Positions 62,421 through 64,000 of a stretch of DNA of 64,000 nucleotides are shown piece after piece. Location of the stretch: the IMG/VR virus record IMGVR_UViG_3300050821_001527, positions 64,001 to 128,000 of that record; one strand, written 5' to 3'. A model generated the notes under the pieces. It did not search any database and was not told the DNA's origin. It worked only from the letters and a program-made list of their open reading frames with translations. The DNA comes from a virus (taxonomy: Duplodnaviria > Caudoviricetes). Both the position numbers and the translations under genes were made by a program. Numbering within the stretch: position 1 is the first letter of the stretch; each line of letters starts with the position of its first letter.

Positions 62421-62556
62421 GCCGTTCTAGTTCAATGTAGAACACGTCTCTCGAAAAGCCGATAGGCTCCCTGAACGGAGCAGTTAGTGGGGTGTTTGCC
62501 CTGCGATGTAATAAGGCCAGATGAACTGCTGGTGCCAAGTCCAGCGAACGGCTCCA
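62421..62556 (+). tRNA. tRNA-Ser(CGA)-like with about 65-nt variable region
   Basis: GCCGTTC/GAACGGC-T-CCA; loop CTCGAAA; multi-hairpin variable region. Confidence 0.6.
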
Positions 62557-62626
62557 AACTAGGCTGCGCGTGGTAGCCTCAGAGGGGTGAAAGTCCCTAA
62601 CCACGACAAATTTAATTCAATTTAAT

Positions 62627-62701
62627 CGCCCGTTCTGAATAATAGTAGTTCGTCGCGCTCTGAACGCGAAGGCGGTGGGGCAGAACCATCACGGGTGGCC
62701 A
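62627..62701 (+). tRNA. trnQ-CUG: tRNA-Gln(CUG)
   Basis: Loop CTCTGAA, G73. Confidence 0.85.
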
Positions 62702-62706
62702 TTTAC

Positions 62707-62780
62707 GCGGGATTAGCTCAAAAGTAGAGCGAGTCGTTTACACCGACAGGACGAGGGAGCATTACCTTCATTCCGCACCA
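62707..62780 (+). tRNA. trnV-UAC: tRNA-Val(UAC)
   Basis: Loop TTTACAC. Confidence 0.88.
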
Positions 62781-62785
62781 TTTAC

Positions 62786-62862
62786 GCAATCGAAGCTACA
62801 GCAGACCGGCTCCCGGCTCTTAACCGGATTTGGTGAGGTTGCAACTACCTCCGATTGCACCA
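62786..62862 (+). tRNA. trnK-CUU: tRNA-Lys(CUU), second copy
   Basis: Loop CTCTTAA. Confidence 0.8.
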
Positions 62863-62866
62863 TTTC

Positions 62867-62946
62867 GCGGTCTTAGCTTAAACGGATAAAAGCCCTTCGC
62901 TCTTAACGAATGAGATGTCGCCCTCCAAGCAGGACAGACCGCACCA
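62867..62946 (+). tRNA. trnK-CUU: tRNA-Lys(CUU), third copy, irregular T arm
   Basis: Loop CTCTTAA. Confidence 0.7.
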
Positions 62947-62957
62947 ATTTGATTACA

Positions 62958-62998
62958 CCCCTGCCGCCTCTTGACAATGCGTAATCGCAGGGGTTTTT
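62958..62998 (+). terminator. Probable terminator near the end of the array
   Basis: CCCCTGC/GCAGGGG plus T5. Confidence 0.55.
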
Positions 62999-63006
62999 CC
63001 ATTTAT

Positions 63007-63092
63007 GGCCGTGTGTAGCGTAAGGGAAAAGCAGAACCGATAGACTTAAAATCTGTTGCTACTTGAGGGTGCAAGACCGTCCACGGCTACCA
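63007..63092 (+). tRNA. trnL-UAA: tRNA-Leu(UAA), insertion before the D stem pairing with the V region
   Basis: Loop CTTAAAA; GTAGCG/TGCTAC extra helix. Confidence 0.75.
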
Positions 63093-63111
63093 ATTTAGTG
63101 TAATGTTTGTC

Positions 63112-63189
63112 ATGGACAACTCAAAGCCTTGGTGGAAAGAAGAATGGTTTGAAACTTGGCTGAAAATTGCCCGCCGTCAGTTCTCGTAA
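63112..63189 (+). CDS. 25-aa Trp-rich peptide MDNSKPWWKEEWFETWLKIARRQFS
   Basis: GTGTAAT-N7-ATG start context. Confidence 0.4.
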   Translation: MDNSKPWWKEEWFETWLKIARRQFS

Positions 63190-63207
63190 ATGCGTGTAAT
63201 AAGAAGT

Positions 63208-63966
63208 ATGGGAAAGTTACTAAGACTCGGAAGAAAGCAAGCCCGCTTCGACAAGCGCACTTTGAAGCTGGAAGACTACATTTCTGCTGATTTACAGTTC
63301 CCCCGCAAGGTTGTTTGGCAGAACAAGATTCCAAATTGGGGCATGATGCTTAACGACCAGTTGGGAGATTGCACCTGTGCCGCTGCCGGTCACATGATTA
63401 TGAACTGGACGGCCAATGCGGGCGTCCTCGTCACCCCAAACGACAACCAAATTCTTTCCGCTTACGAAGCCGTTGGGGGATACAACCCAAATGCCGCTCC
63501 CGACGCCAATGGAAACAACCCAACCGATAACGGTGCCGTTGAACTTGACGTTTTGAAGTATTGGCAGGGAACCGGAATCGCCGGTCACAAAATCGGGGCT
63601 TACGTCAGCATTGACCCGAAGAACAGACGCCACTTGAAGTTGGCTATCTGGCTGTTTGGGGGAATTTACACAGGTGTCAACCTCACGCAAGCGGACATGG
63701 ACGCCACCAACGCAAACCAGCCTTGGAAATACACCACCGGTTCCTCGATTGGCGGTCACGCCATTCCTGCCTTGGGATTCAACCAGCACGGCTTTCAATT
63801 CATTACATGGGGAGCCGTTCAAACGGCCACTCCTGAATGGGTCGCCAACCAAACCGAAGAAGTTTACGCCTTGATTTCCGCAGATTGGCTTGAAAACAAT
63901 GGCAATGCTCCCTCTGGTTTTGATGCTCAACAACTTGCCGCCGACTTAAAAAGCGTCCAAAACTAA
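63208..63966 (+). CDS. Papain-like (C1-type) cysteine peptidase
   Basis: NDQLGDCTCA (catalytic Cys), GGHAI (His), ITWG; GTGTAAT-N7-ATG. Confidence 0.8.
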   Translation: MGKLLRLGRKQARFDKRTLKLEDYISADLQFPRKVVWQNKIPNWGMMLNDQLGDCTCAAAGHMIMNWTANAGVLVTPNDNQILSAYEAVGGYNPNAAPDANGNNPTDNGAVELDVLKYWQGTGIAGHKIGAYVSIDPKNRRHLKLAIWLFGGIYTGVNLTQADMDATNANQPWKYTTGSSIGGHAIPALGFNQHGFQFITWGAVQTATPEWVANQTEEVYALISADWLENNGNAPSGFDAQQLAADLKSVQN

Positions 63967-64000
63967 TTCAAAATATTTGCTTGGGCCAAGCCATCCGGGT

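Noticed and set aside
62952-62958. Minus-strand GTGTAAT pointing antisense into the tRNA array
   Set aside because: It lies in a terminator-like hairpin and leads only to a 13-codon GTG ORF; cannot be distinguished from chance.
52682-63092. Recurrent GGTGCGA(G/A)TCC and GGAGCGTTACC strings as a CRISPR or other repeat array
   Set aside because: They are the T arms of tRNA genes with irregular spacing.
1-64000. Stop-codon reassignment (common in large phages with big tRNA sets)
   Set aside because: Long genes are intact in code 11 and end in TAA, TAG and TGA; no CUA, UCA or UUA suppressor anticodon was found.

Overview
This is a 64-kb segment of a large tailed dsDNA (jumbo-type) bacteriophage genome. 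It uses the standard genetic code, has no rRNA or host housekeeping synteny, and its host is probably diderm. Layout: (1) 0-20.6 kb, very large Gly/Ser/Thr-rich virion proteins interrupted by two glycosyltransferases and two ssDNA-handling genes. (2) 20.6-30 kb, replisome: a three-piece Pol III (PHP / DnaQ-like exonuclease / DnaE core), PD-(D/E)XK nuclease, primase, DnaB and RecA/UvsX. (3) 30-39 kb, a GDP-sugar/glycosyltransferase locus with an inserted Tad1-like anti-defence sponge and a MazG-like gene. (4) 39-52 kb, two sigma factors, class II RNR, a full tmRNA directly followed by a 116-nt mini-tmRNA-like RNA, and an OM beta-barrel/lipoprotein/patatin trio. (5) 52-63 kb, about 50 tRNA genes interleaved with HNH endonucleases and many non-tRNA structured RNAs. 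The best candidate for an undescribed system is the RNA module in (4)-(5). Roughly 40 of about 50 tRNAs replace the near-universal G18.U55 elbow with A18.G55. Two circularly permuted YrlA-type tRNA mimics differ at exactly that covarying pair. There are also tRNA shells carrying 60-100 nt structured inserts, Leu tRNAs with a rewired fold, a roughly 420-nt ornate RNA and a predicted leader-peptide attenuator ahead of the array. A phage-specific GTGTAAT-N7-ATG element suggests leaderless transcripts. All RNA folds, counts and family assignments were made by eye or from memory and need cmscan/HMM confirmation.
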